Positions 15,205 through 22,501 of a stretch of DNA of 32,000 nt are shown piece by piece. The notes beneath the pieces are model-generated. The model ran no database searches and was not told where the DNA came from. It saw nothing but the letters and a program-made list of their open reading frames with translations. The first letter of the stretch is position 1. Each line of letters starts with the position of its first letter. Location: positions 1,260,001 through 1,292,000 of the forward strand of contig CP178758.1 in NCBI GenBank assembly GCA_047651235.1, written 5' to 3'. The stretch is from Candidatus Electrothrix yaqonensis. GTDB lineage: Bacteria > Desulfobacterota > Desulfobulbia > Desulfobulbales > Desulfobulbaceae. Both the position numbers and the translations under genes were made by a program.

Positions 15205-16413
15205 ATGAAACAGCAGGTACTGATAGTTGATGATGATCCGGAACTGCTCCTGAGTATCAGCTGCGGTTTTGAACAGAATGAACGCTTCCACCTTCTCAAG
15301 GCAGAAAACGGTCGGGAAGCCCTTGCTGTTCTGGAGACCAACAGGGTGGATCTTGTAGTCACCGACCTGAATATGCCGGTCATGGACGGGGTGGAACTCC
15401 TTTCCGTGATGAGCAATTCGTTTTCGGAAGTCCCGTACGTTGTGATGACAGCGTTCCGGACTTCCGTGATGGAGGAACATCTGAAACAGGCCGGTGCTCT
15501 GAATCTCCTTGAAAAGCCCATTGATATTAATCAGCTTGAAGAGGCGATCAACAAGGCGCTGGATATCCAGGAGGAGCAGAACTGCAGTCTTGCCGGTCTG
15601 CCGCTGAGCAGTTTTCTTCAGCTTGTTGCTATGGAGCAGAAAACTGCGCATCTGAAGATTTTCCATCTGGGCGGACAATGCGGCAGTCTTTTTTTTCATG
15701 ACGGGGACCTCATTGATGCGGAATACGATGATCTGATCGGTGATGAAGCTGTGCTGGAGATGCTGGCATGGGAAAATGTCAGGGTGAGTATAAAAGAGTT
15801 TACCGGGCCTTTTTCCAATTCCAGGATGAAATCCGAGCTCCTGTCCCTTATTTTTACAGCTCTGCAGCGCCAGGACTGGAATGCGGAAGATGCTGATAAT
15901 CCGCTGCAGGTGGTAAAAGAGGAATTTGACCGGATGAAAAAAACAGCATCCGAGAAGCTTATATGCAGGCGGACAAATACAACAAATACAGCTAGGCCAA
16001 AACCGGACAGGAAGACAGAGACAAAAAAAGATAGAAACAAGGCAGGGACAAAAAAGGAAAAAATCAACGATGTACTCAAAAAGATGGCAGCTGAACTGGA
16101 CGGATTGCTTGCGGTGCAGGTAACGGGTCTGGACGGGGTAACCCTGGCCCTGCATAATCCGGCCGGTGCGGACATGGAGGTCTTTTCCGAAAAGTTCTCT
16201 ACTATAATGCAGCTTATCGGAAAATCCGTCGGTTCTCTGCGGGAGATGGGGGAATTTGAAGAAAGTCTGATTCAGGCCCGGAACGCCTGGATACTGACCA
16301 GATTTATCACGCCGCAGTACTATGTGGGCATTGCGGTCAACCGGGAAAGCACTCCCGGTAATGTGCGCCTAGTCGCCCGGAGTTATCTTGACCGGCTGCG
16401 TCGCTCGCTGTAA
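15205..16413 (+). CDS. Response regulator with receiver + DUF4388 (PATAN-like) + Lys-rich linker + Roadblock/LC7 domain, 402 aa (paralog 3)
   Basis: Same architecture as 13381..14568, with IVDDDPE, VVTDLNMPVMDG, VMTAF and EKP. DUF4388-like segment: LPLSSFLQLVAMEQKTAHLKIFHLGGQCGSLFFHDGDLIDA. Roadblock-like C-terminus: MAAELDGLLAVQVTGLDGVTLALHN...YYVGIAVNRESTPGNVRL. SD GGAG lies 8 nt upstream. Confidence 0.85.
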   Translation: MKQQVLIVDDDPELLLSISCGFEQNERFHLLKAENGREALAVLETNRVDLVVTDLNMPVMDGVELLSVMSNSFSEVPYVVMTAFRTSVMEEHLKQAGALNLLEKPIDINQLEEAINKALDIQEEQNCSLAGLPLSSFLQLVAMEQKTAHLKIFHLGGQCGSLFFHDGDLIDAEYDDLIGDEAVLEMLAWENVRVSIKEFTGPFSNSRMKSELLSLIFTALQRQDWNAEDADNPLQVVKEEFDRMKKTASEKLICRRTNTTNTARPKPDRKTETKKDRNKAGTKKEKINDVLKKMAAELDGLLAVQVTGLDGVTLALHNPAGADMEVFSEKFSTIMQLIGKSVGSLREMGEFEESLIQARNAWILTRFITPQYYVGIAVNRESTPGNVRLVARSYLDRLRRSL

Positions 16414-16455
16414 CTGTACAATTCTTCGTAGACGATCAGCCGGAAATGTTTGTTC

Positions 16456-17748
16456 ATGGTCACCTTCCGTCCCGCCTTTCTCACCCGTCCGGACAGCCTG
16501 ACTGTACCTGAGGCCCGCTATTTTCAGGATCTTCTCTATCGGACCGTAAAAATCGGCACGGAGCTGGAATTCGCCCTGCCCAAAGGCGTACTGCGTGAAG
16601 ACCTGCAGCCCCGTGTTGAACAGGCCCTGCAGCCTTCCAGGGATATGAACCGGCTGGGGGCCTTGGGGGTCTATGATGTGATCAAGGAGCACTGCGGAGT
16701 CGAAGTGCTGGTGATCGGCCGGCATCCTCATTGGGATGCCCTCCTGCAGCAGTATCAAGGGATTATTCGCGTCCTGCTGGCTGAAAAAGTCAGAATGCGC
16801 CCGACCTGCGGCCTGCATTTTCATATTCTCGGCACAGGACTTGCAGAAGAGATTCCGGAAATCATCTTGGCAAACCTGTGGAACATGGCCCGCATTTTTG
16901 CTCCGGGACTCAAATTTATCACATCAGGCGGGAAAAGCAAGCAGGGGTTGTGCCGCCGGCGCCAGCATAATGCGCATCAGGAATTCATGCGTCTGTCGCC
17001 GGAAGAGCATTCCATGCAGGCAATTCAGGCTCTGCTGAAAAAAAGCATGGATGTTCCCGAACACCAGAATTTTTTTAATATAGCACATGTCTGCTTTAAT
17101 GCGGCTGGCAAGATACGGAATTTCCACCTTGAGTTCCGTTTTCCGGATGGCGACCTCTGCCCGGTCTCGATTACGGCCAAAACGTTTTTATTTTTGATCA
17201 TGCTGCTCAAAGCGGTGGAAATCTCTAAATTCGGGTTGCTTAGGGCTGGCGACACCGGTTCTCTGATGAAAAGAAACAGAGAACTCATGGACATGATAAG
17301 TAATAATGACGGCAAGTTGGCCACTAGCGACACCGGTGCTATTGATGACCTGCTTCTGCGGGAATATCAGGAAAATGCCCAAGCCCTGCTAATTTTTCTT
17401 AAGTCCGTTCTTCTGCTCCTCGACAGTCCTGCCGAACTGGTGCTGCAGGAGCTGGCAATGCAGCCGGTTTCCCTGCGCAGAAGCCGGGGACAGAGCTGGC
17501 AGCAGATTGAGAAGAACCTGCTCGCTCATATCAGCCCCCGGCCTGTTCCGGACGAGACAGACTATGAGCTGATAAAAATCATTGAACTCGGCCTGCTGGT
17601 GCATATCGACAGTAAAAAAAGCTGGCTTGCCGGAGCTGCTGATATGCTCGGTCTTGCGCCGGAAGAGGTGTACGCCCGGGTGCAGTGCTTTCATGACCGC
17701 TCGCCTGTCTGGCAACAGGAACTGGGCAGCATTGTCTTTCTGCGTTAG
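16456..17748 (+). CDS. Putative amidoligase (glutamine-synthetase/GCS2-like fold, 'Amidoligase_2'-type) with an uncharacterised C-terminal region of about 170 aa, about 430 aa
   Basis: Three motifs match my recollection of the amidoligase family: an N-terminal G-x-E-x-E strand (KIGTELEFALP), CGLHFHIL, and NFHLEFRFPDGDL (the E-F-R motif). The ORF track start at 16450 is TTG and the first ATG is at 16456. No clear SD; the gene lies 42 nt after the preceding gene. Confidence 0.65.
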   Translation: MVTFRPAFLTRPDSLTVPEARYFQDLLYRTVKIGTELEFALPKGVLREDLQPRVEQALQPSRDMNRLGALGVYDVIKEHCGVEVLVIGRHPHWDALLQQYQGIIRVLLAEKVRMRPTCGLHFHILGTGLAEEIPEIILANLWNMARIFAPGLKFITSGGKSKQGLCRRRQHNAHQEFMRLSPEEHSMQAIQALLKKSMDVPEHQNFFNIAHVCFNAAGKIRNFHLEFRFPDGDLCPVSITAKTFLFLIMLLKAVEISKFGLLRAGDTGSLMKRNRELMDMISNNDGKLATSDTGAIDDLLLREYQENAQALLIFLKSVLLLLDSPAELVLQELAMQPVSLRRSRGQSWQQIEKNLLAHISPRPVPDETDYELIKIIELGLLVHIDSKKSWLAGAADMLGLAPEEVYARVQCFHDRSPVWQQELGSIVFLR

Positions 17749-17816
17749 CCAAGCACGATATTTGCATACAAAGCAGGGATTGCGGAATTCTACAGACAAG
17801 AAAACAAGGAATCATC

Positions 17817-18596
17817 ATGTGCGGCATCAGCGGCGTACTGATCAGCCCCGGACGCAGCACAGCACAGCTTTTCCGCATCAGCGAACTGTTTATGGCCAAT
17901 CTTATCGCCAATGAACAGAGGGGAAAGGAGGCCACAGGCGTTGCCCTGCTCAACCGGGATTCCAGCTGGCTGCTGGACAAGGCGCCGCAGACGGCAAGCC
18001 GGTATATCCGTTCAGCAGGATACCGCCGGGTCATGCAATCCCTGTCTGCGGAGACAACCGTGCTGCTGGGCCACACCAGAGAGCCGACCAAGGGAACGCC
18101 GCAGATCAACGCGAACAACCATCCGATCGTCCGGGGCAGCATTATCGGGGTGCATAACGGAACAATTACCAATGATGACGAGATTTTTGCCCAGCAAACC
18201 AACAGCGCTGACCGGATCGGTTCGGTGGACAGCGAAGCTGTTTTTGCCCTGCTTGACAGCATTGCGGATGCAATGGCGCTGCCCTCCTACGGCAGAAAAC
18301 TCTATGAGCAGTCCGGCAAGATCATCGGCTCATATGCGGTTCTTTATGTAAATCCTACTTTGCCGTACTGTGTTTTTCTGTTAAAGTATAAGAATCCTGT
18401 TTCAGTCCACTGGGATAATGAACTGGGCGCCCTGTTTTTTTCCTCGCGTTATCTGTTCCTGCGCAAGACCTTCGGACGTGCCGCAATCACGGACGGGCTG
18501 CCGGGAAGAACCGGTTTTATGTTCGACGCTGCCCGGCTTCAGCAGAATGGAGCTCTGCCGGCGCGCCGGTTCCGCCTGTTCAGCAATGAATCGTAA
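17817..18596 (+). CDS. Stand-alone class II (Ntn-type) glutamine amidotransferase, YafJ-like, 259 aa
   Basis: N-terminal MCGI supplies the nucleophilic Cys2 after Met removal. Other motifs are GHTREPTKG...NNHPI, VHNGTITN and VDSEAVFAL, the canonical class-II GATase set. SD aAGGAatcatcATG. Confidence 0.85.
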   Translation: MCGISGVLISPGRSTAQLFRISELFMANLIANEQRGKEATGVALLNRDSSWLLDKAPQTASRYIRSAGYRRVMQSLSAETTVLLGHTREPTKGTPQINANNHPIVRGSIIGVHNGTITNDDEIFAQQTNSADRIGSVDSEAVFALLDSIADAMALPSYGRKLYEQSGKIIGSYAVLYVNPTLPYCVFLLKYKNPVSVHWDNELGALFFSSRYLFLRKTFGRAAITDGLPGRTGFMFDAARLQQNGALPARRFRLFSNES

Positions 18597-18672
18597 TCAG
18601 GGATAGTTCACGGTTAATCGCGCCAAAATGATCCTGCAGTCCTTTAACAGGAATTTTCTGCTATAATGAAAG

Positions 18673-19308
18673 ATGAAAGAAACAATACCGGCAAAAACTG
18701 ACAGGCCTGAACTGTCTGTGATACCATATGAGAACGCAATGAATATCCGACAGAAATTATCCCGACTTGCGGAAATCGACGGCTTTGCAGGAGCAGCTCT
18801 GTTCACCCCGGACGGACGCCTGCTTGTGAAATGTGAACCTGTTGATATCAATATCGAACTTCTCGGCTCTCTTGCCAATAATGTCCTGCGTACTGCTGAA
18901 AAGGTCTCGCGCGATATGAGCTGCGGCCGCAGCCACTTCACCTTCATGCATACGGAAAAGGTACTGATTCTACTCCGTTGCCTTAATGAGGGCAAAAATC
19001 CTCTGCGGGCTGAACCGGGAAGATGCCATATCCACCTTATTCTTTTTATTGATAATCCGGAAAGCCTCGGTATCGCCAAAATCGAGATCAGCAAGGTTAT
19101 TGAATCGCTGGCTGCAAATTTCAGAGCACCGGCAAAAGGCAGCAGGCAGCAGAAAAAAAAAGCCCCTGCGTCGCAGAAGACGGCAGACCGGACAGAGAAC
19201 CGGGCGGAAAAACTCCCGGAACAACAGGGGAAGAAGCCTCTGAATGATGTGGCATGCCTCCTGAATAACGAACAGGTAAACAGAGCGTTTGATAGTTTAC
19301 TTGCCTGA
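18673..19308 (+). CDS. Roadblock/LC7 (MglB-like) domain protein with a basic Lys/Gln-rich C-terminal tail, 211 aa (possible alternative start at M23, 18739)
   Basis: LSRLAEIDGFAGAALFTPDGRLLVKCEPVDINIELLGSLANNVLRTAEKVSRDM...VLILLRC fits the Roadblock pattern (x-G-phi-x-G-A-x-phi-x-x-DG). The tail reads APAKGSRQQKKKAPASQKTADRTENRAEKLPEQQGKK. Confidence 0.7.
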   Translation: MKETIPAKTDRPELSVIPYENAMNIRQKLSRLAEIDGFAGAALFTPDGRLLVKCEPVDINIELLGSLANNVLRTAEKVSRDMSCGRSHFTFMHTEKVLILLRCLNEGKNPLRAEPGRCHIHLILFIDNPESLGIAKIEISKVIESLAANFRAPAKGSRQQKKKAPASQKTADRTENRAEKLPEQQGKKPLNDVACLLNNEQVNRAFDSLLA

Positions 19309-19343
19309 TCGTTACTGTCTGACTTTTTCTCAAAGAGGATCAT

Positions 19344-19709
19344 ATGGCCAAAAAAAACTGCTGGGAAGTCAAAAAATGTGGTCGGCAGCCGGGTGGTCAT
19401 AAGGTCAGAGAACAAGGTATCTGCCCTGCTTCCACGATTATAGCGGTTGACGGCATCAATCACGGCAAAAACGGCGGGCGGGCCTGCTGGGCTCTGACCG
19501 GCACCATGTCCGGTCCGGCGGAAAAAGTCCAGGGCACGTTTGCCCGCCTCCTGCCCGGCAGCTGCTATGACTGCAAATTTTATGAACTGGTAATGATGGA
19601 AGAAGGGGAGAATTTTGAAGGAACTGTCCGGATCGTCCAGAAACTGAGAGAGGTTATTGATGCCGTTACAACCACTGCTCCATCAAAACCCCCATCCCGG
19701 TCAGGTTGA
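19344..19709 (+). CDS. Cys-rich 'two-CW' type small protein, 121 aa
   Basis: SD AAGAGGAtcatATG. MAKKNCWEVKKCGRQPGG...GICPA...GKNGGRACWALTGT...CYDCKFY carries two C-W dipeptides plus a CxxC, six Cys in total. It matches my recollection of proteins that NCBI annotates as two-CW domain-containing. It is the last gene of the plus-strand cluster. Confidence 0.65.
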   Translation: MAKKNCWEVKKCGRQPGGHKVREQGICPASTIIAVDGINHGKNGGRACWALTGTMSGPAEKVQGTFARLLPGSCYDCKFYELVMMEEGENFEGTVRIVQKLREVIDAVTTTAPSKPPSRSG

Positions 19710-19739
19710 TGCACAATATATCCTGCCGACCGGCATAAT

Positions 19740-20504
19740 TTACAGCGTCCGGCAGGAAGCCCTTGTTACAGGCACACAGGGGCAATCCGGTTCCTGCACT
19801 TCAAGCGAGAAACAGAGATGCCCGAACCGCTGCTCGATATAATCCAGCAGGGTATAGATGAGCAGGACAACCCCGCTCATCTCCAAGAACTCCTCAATCG
19901 TATACAACACGGTATAGGTGACGCTGTAATAGCCGTGCAGCTCAGCCTCTCTTCCGCCGAGCATATCAAACCCTGCAGCCCCGGTAAGAAAGATAATCGC
20001 GGAAAGGCTCAGAAGAACGGTTGTCTTGCGGGGAAGGCCAAGAATAAAGCGAAAATAGAGCAGCCCAAGGATGGTCATTAAGATGCTGTAGGGAATAATC
20101 CAGGGGAAATAGAGCAATCCGCCTGCCTCAAGAATTCCTGTTGATTTGATGTATTCTTCTGTGTAATTACCGAGTCTCTCGTGCAGGACAAAGGTTTCAT
20201 CCAGGGAGAGAAAGAAAAAAACTGCGGCAAGACCGAGCCAGTAACGTCGCCACCCTGCCTGCTTCTTTTCCAATGCGGCGATACAGAGAAAAAGCAGGGA
20301 AGAGAAAAACAGGGCAAAGCCTGAATACAAGGAAGGGATATTCTTCTCTATGTCCAGATCAACATATCCTGTAATATCCATCAAGTCCTGATTCCCGGTA
20401 TAGAGAAGAACTGTCTGGGCTATACTGTGCAGCATGGTTAACAGAATGACAAATGCCAGAAAAAAGAGAGCTGTTTCCCGGGGATGTATTTTCAGCTGAA
20501 ACAT
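19740..20504 (-). CDS. Polytopic inner-membrane protein of unknown function, 254 aa
   Basis: ATG start and about 7 hydrophobic helices (FFLAFVILLTML, LYSGFALFFSSLLFLCIAAL, LGLAAVFFFLSL, and others). Convergent with the two-CW gene, with 30 nt between the stops. Confidence 0.7.
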   Translation of the reverse strand: MFQLKIHPRETALFFLAFVILLTMLHSIAQTVLLYTGNQDLMDITGYVDLDIEKNIPSLYSGFALFFSSLLFLCIAALEKKQAGWRRYWLGLAAVFFFLSLDETFVLHERLGNYTEEYIKSTGILEAGGLLYFPWIIPYSILMTILGLLYFRFILGLPRKTTVLLSLSAIIFLTGAAGFDMLGGREAELHGYYSVTYTVLYTIEEFLEMSGVVLLIYTLLDYIEQRFGHLCFSLEVQEPDCPCVPVTRASCRTL

Positions 20505-20579
20505 AGTCAGAGCCGTAACCTGAAAGGAATTGAAAGAAAAAAAAACGATTAGAGCCTGTTGAAAAACGCAGAGCGTCAG

Positions 20580-20624
20580 CTGTCTCCCTCCCGAGAGTTT
20601 TTCACGTCTCGAAAAGGGAGACAG
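20580..20624 (-). terminator. Long imperfect hairpin between the RGY-repeat gene and the next minus-strand gene (possible terminator or attenuator)
   Basis: CTGTCTCCCT (20580-20589) pairs with AGGGAGACAG (20615-20624), with an inner cgaga/tctcg stem. On the minus strand a TTTTT run appears only about 12 nt after the stem, so this is not a textbook terminator. Confidence 0.35.
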
Positions 20625-20696
20625 TTCAACAAAACAGCTCCTGTCCGCTGCAGAGGCTTGCAGAGAATAACCTCTTGAAGCAACCTTTAATCGTCG

Positions 20697-21044
20697 TTAG
20701 TAGCCATAGCCATAGCCTCTGTATTCATACCGATCATCATCGGAGTAACGCCCGCTATTAGCGCCGCGATATTCGTAGCGGCTACCGCGCTCGTATCCGG
20801 TGCCGCGATACGCATACCGATCATCATCGGAGTAACGCCCTCCATAAGCGTTTCCGCGATACGCAGAACGATTATCGGAGTAACGTCCTCCATAAGCACC
20901 GCGATATTCGTAGCGGCTGCCGCGGTCGTAGTATCCACTGCCGCGCTCGTATCTGCTGCCGTATCCGCTGCCGTGGGCAGTTGCGAAGAGTCCCAGTACG
21001 AGGAATGAACTGATCAGGGTGAGGGCTGTTGTTGTCTTTTTCAT
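20697..21044 (-). CDS. Secreted low-complexity Arg/Gly/Tyr/Ser/Asp repeat protein, 115 aa
   Basis: GGAGG SD. The signal peptide is MKKTTTALTLISSFLVLGLFATAHG. The mature part is almost entirely R, Y, G, S and D (…GGRYSDNRSAYRGNAYGGRYSDDDRYAYRG…RYSDDDRYEYRGYGYGY). A 28-nt perfect DNA repeat occurs at 20726-20753 and 20813-20840. Confidence 0.7.
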   Translation of the reverse strand: MKKTTTALTLISSFLVLGLFATAHGSGYGSRYERGSGYYDRGSRYEYRGAYGGRYSDNRSAYRGNAYGGRYSDDDRYAYRGTGYERGSRYEYRGANSGRYSDDDRYEYRGYGYGY

Positions 21045-21439
21045 GGTAAACCTCCGTTTGTGATAATGGTTAAAGCGAATTGCTCTTGTTTCTGATTTCA
21101 GGATAGCAAAGGGAAAATTAACGGAAGATGAACCGGAAAACTTTTTTCATTTTTTTTTGCTGGTGGTCCCCTTCTTTTCAGCATGGTTTCCTTCAGTAAT
21201 GTTATCCGTCTCCTGAAACAAGCATTCGGAAGACAACTAACTCTCAAGAGGGGGAGTGTCAGGAAATATACCTCTACTCAACCAGTTAAAACAAATCGTC
21301 ACCATAAAAAATTCCCTTTGCTTTTTATCTGCAATCGGATACCATAAAAGTAATAACTACAGGGCGGTAATACTTATGTTTCAGTCTGTACTTTTTTACT
21401 GCAGGCCGAACAGAGGCTGAACAAAAAAGGAAGAGAACT

Positions 21440-22246
21440 ATGAAGAAGATACTGAGCGCAGCAGCACTGTCCACCCTGCTTTTTAGCGCAGGACAAGGTA
21501 TTGCAGGCAATATGAGAATTATGCCGCCTTCCCTGGGGCAGGACTGTCCGGAGGGATGCCTGGATCAACTGGACGAACTGAATTCCAGTCAGGCCCGGCA
21601 GGATGAACAGCTTGAGGCATTGGAGCAAAGTCAGGTCCGCCAGGATGAGGCTATTCAGGCCAACGCAGATGATATTAAAAGCAATCTGCAGGAAATTGAA
21701 AACCTGAAAAACCTTCAGCATGAAGAAGTGTACTCCTGGTATGTCAGGGCAGCCGGTCAGGTAAATTGGATGGGATCCATGGATCTGGATAAGGCCGCCT
21801 ATGGTTCCCAGGCAGATACTGATACCGGATACGGCTTCGGTTTTGCCCTCGGGCGTCGGTTCGGTAATCTCCGCATTGAAGGAGAACTGGCCGGACAGGC
21901 AGCCGACATTAAAGGCGAAAATTTATCCGATATCACGATCAGCACTGCCATGCTCAACGGCTTCTACGGCATTCCGATATACGGCCCGTTTTCCATCTAC
22001 GGCAGAGCCGGAGCAGGAACCGCCAAGATTGAAGTGGCAATGAACGATGTCGATGAAAGTGAAGTGACCTTCGCCTATAAAGCCGGAGCCGGCATCACGA
22101 TGGATATGGATTATAATATGGCTGTTGATCTGGGATATGAATATCTGCGCACCGGTGACGTTGAACTCGGTGCAGAGCATGAACTGCTCAGGATCGACGA
22201 TATGAAGAGCAGCGGAGTCAACGCCTCTGTCCGCTATGCCTTCTGA
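21440..22246 (+). CDS. Outer-membrane beta-barrel protein (OmpA-like/porin-family barrel) with an N-terminal coiled-coil extension, 268 aa
   Basis: Signal peptide MKKILSAAALSTLLFSAGQGIAG, then a CPEGC pair and a Q/E-rich heptad-like segment of about 70 aa. Alternating beta-strand sequence follows (GYGFGFALGRRF, LRIEGELAG, AYKAGAGITMDM, and others), ending in the OMP-type C-terminus VRYAF. SD AAGGAAGAG. Confidence 0.8.
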   Translation: MKKILSAAALSTLLFSAGQGIAGNMRIMPPSLGQDCPEGCLDQLDELNSSQARQDEQLEALEQSQVRQDEAIQANADDIKSNLQEIENLKNLQHEEVYSWYVRAAGQVNWMGSMDLDKAAYGSQADTDTGYGFGFALGRRFGNLRIEGELAGQAADIKGENLSDITISTAMLNGFYGIPIYGPFSIYGRAGAGTAKIEVAMNDVDESEVTFAYKAGAGITMDMDYNMAVDLGYEYLRTGDVELGAEHELLRIDDMKSSGVNASVRYAF

Positions 22247-22287
22247 GCCTCTCCTGCTCCTGAAAAAAAAAAGCTGAATTCCTCCTG

Positions 22288-22335
22288 CCCTGAATTCCTT
22301 GCCCCTGTTACAAACCGGGAATTCAGGGTTTTTCT
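22288..22335 (+). terminator. Probable rho-independent terminator after the OMP gene
   Basis: CCCTGAATTCC (22288-22298) pairs with GGAATTCAGGG (22318-22328), followed by TTTTTCTCTC. The loop is long at 19 nt. Confidence 0.6.
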
Positions 22336-22501
22336 CTCTGTCTCCGGCTGACATCTCCTCAATCAGCCGGATAATTTCCCTCTTTTTCCTTTGCCTGTTT
22401 TACGGTATCATTGATCAGCTGGTCAATCTTCTTATTCTTCTACTTTCCCCATCCGGTACATGATGGAGGAATATTTTTAGTTATTTTTTACTTTTTATCC
22501 C

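Noticed and set aside
18662-18667. Perfect TATAAT hexamer 5 nt upstream of the Roadblock gene ATG (18673)
   Set aside because: No acceptable -35 element at 16-18 nt spacing. It would imply a leaderless transcript inside an apparent operon. It is probably chance in an AT-rich spacer.
12551-19709. Search for an MglA/Ras-like small GTPase (Walker A GxxxxGK[ST]) to pair with the Roadblock domains
   Set aside because: None of the eight cluster proteins or the unassigned ORFs in or near the cluster shows a P-loop. The only GTPase in the window is the EF-G paralog at 229-2283, which is unrelated. The absence is reported as part of the main finding.
20687-20938. 83-aa alternative-frame ORF within the RGY repeat gene
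   Set aside because: It is on the same strand but in a different frame of repetitive DNA, with no signal peptide or SD. The 115-aa frame has both.
21104-21321. 10-nt inverted match GCAAAGGGAA / TTCCCTTTGC about 200 bp apart in the RGY/OMP divergent region
   Set aside because: The match is short, widely spaced and not extendable. My rough estimate is that a match like this could arise by chance within a 400-bp AT-rich region.
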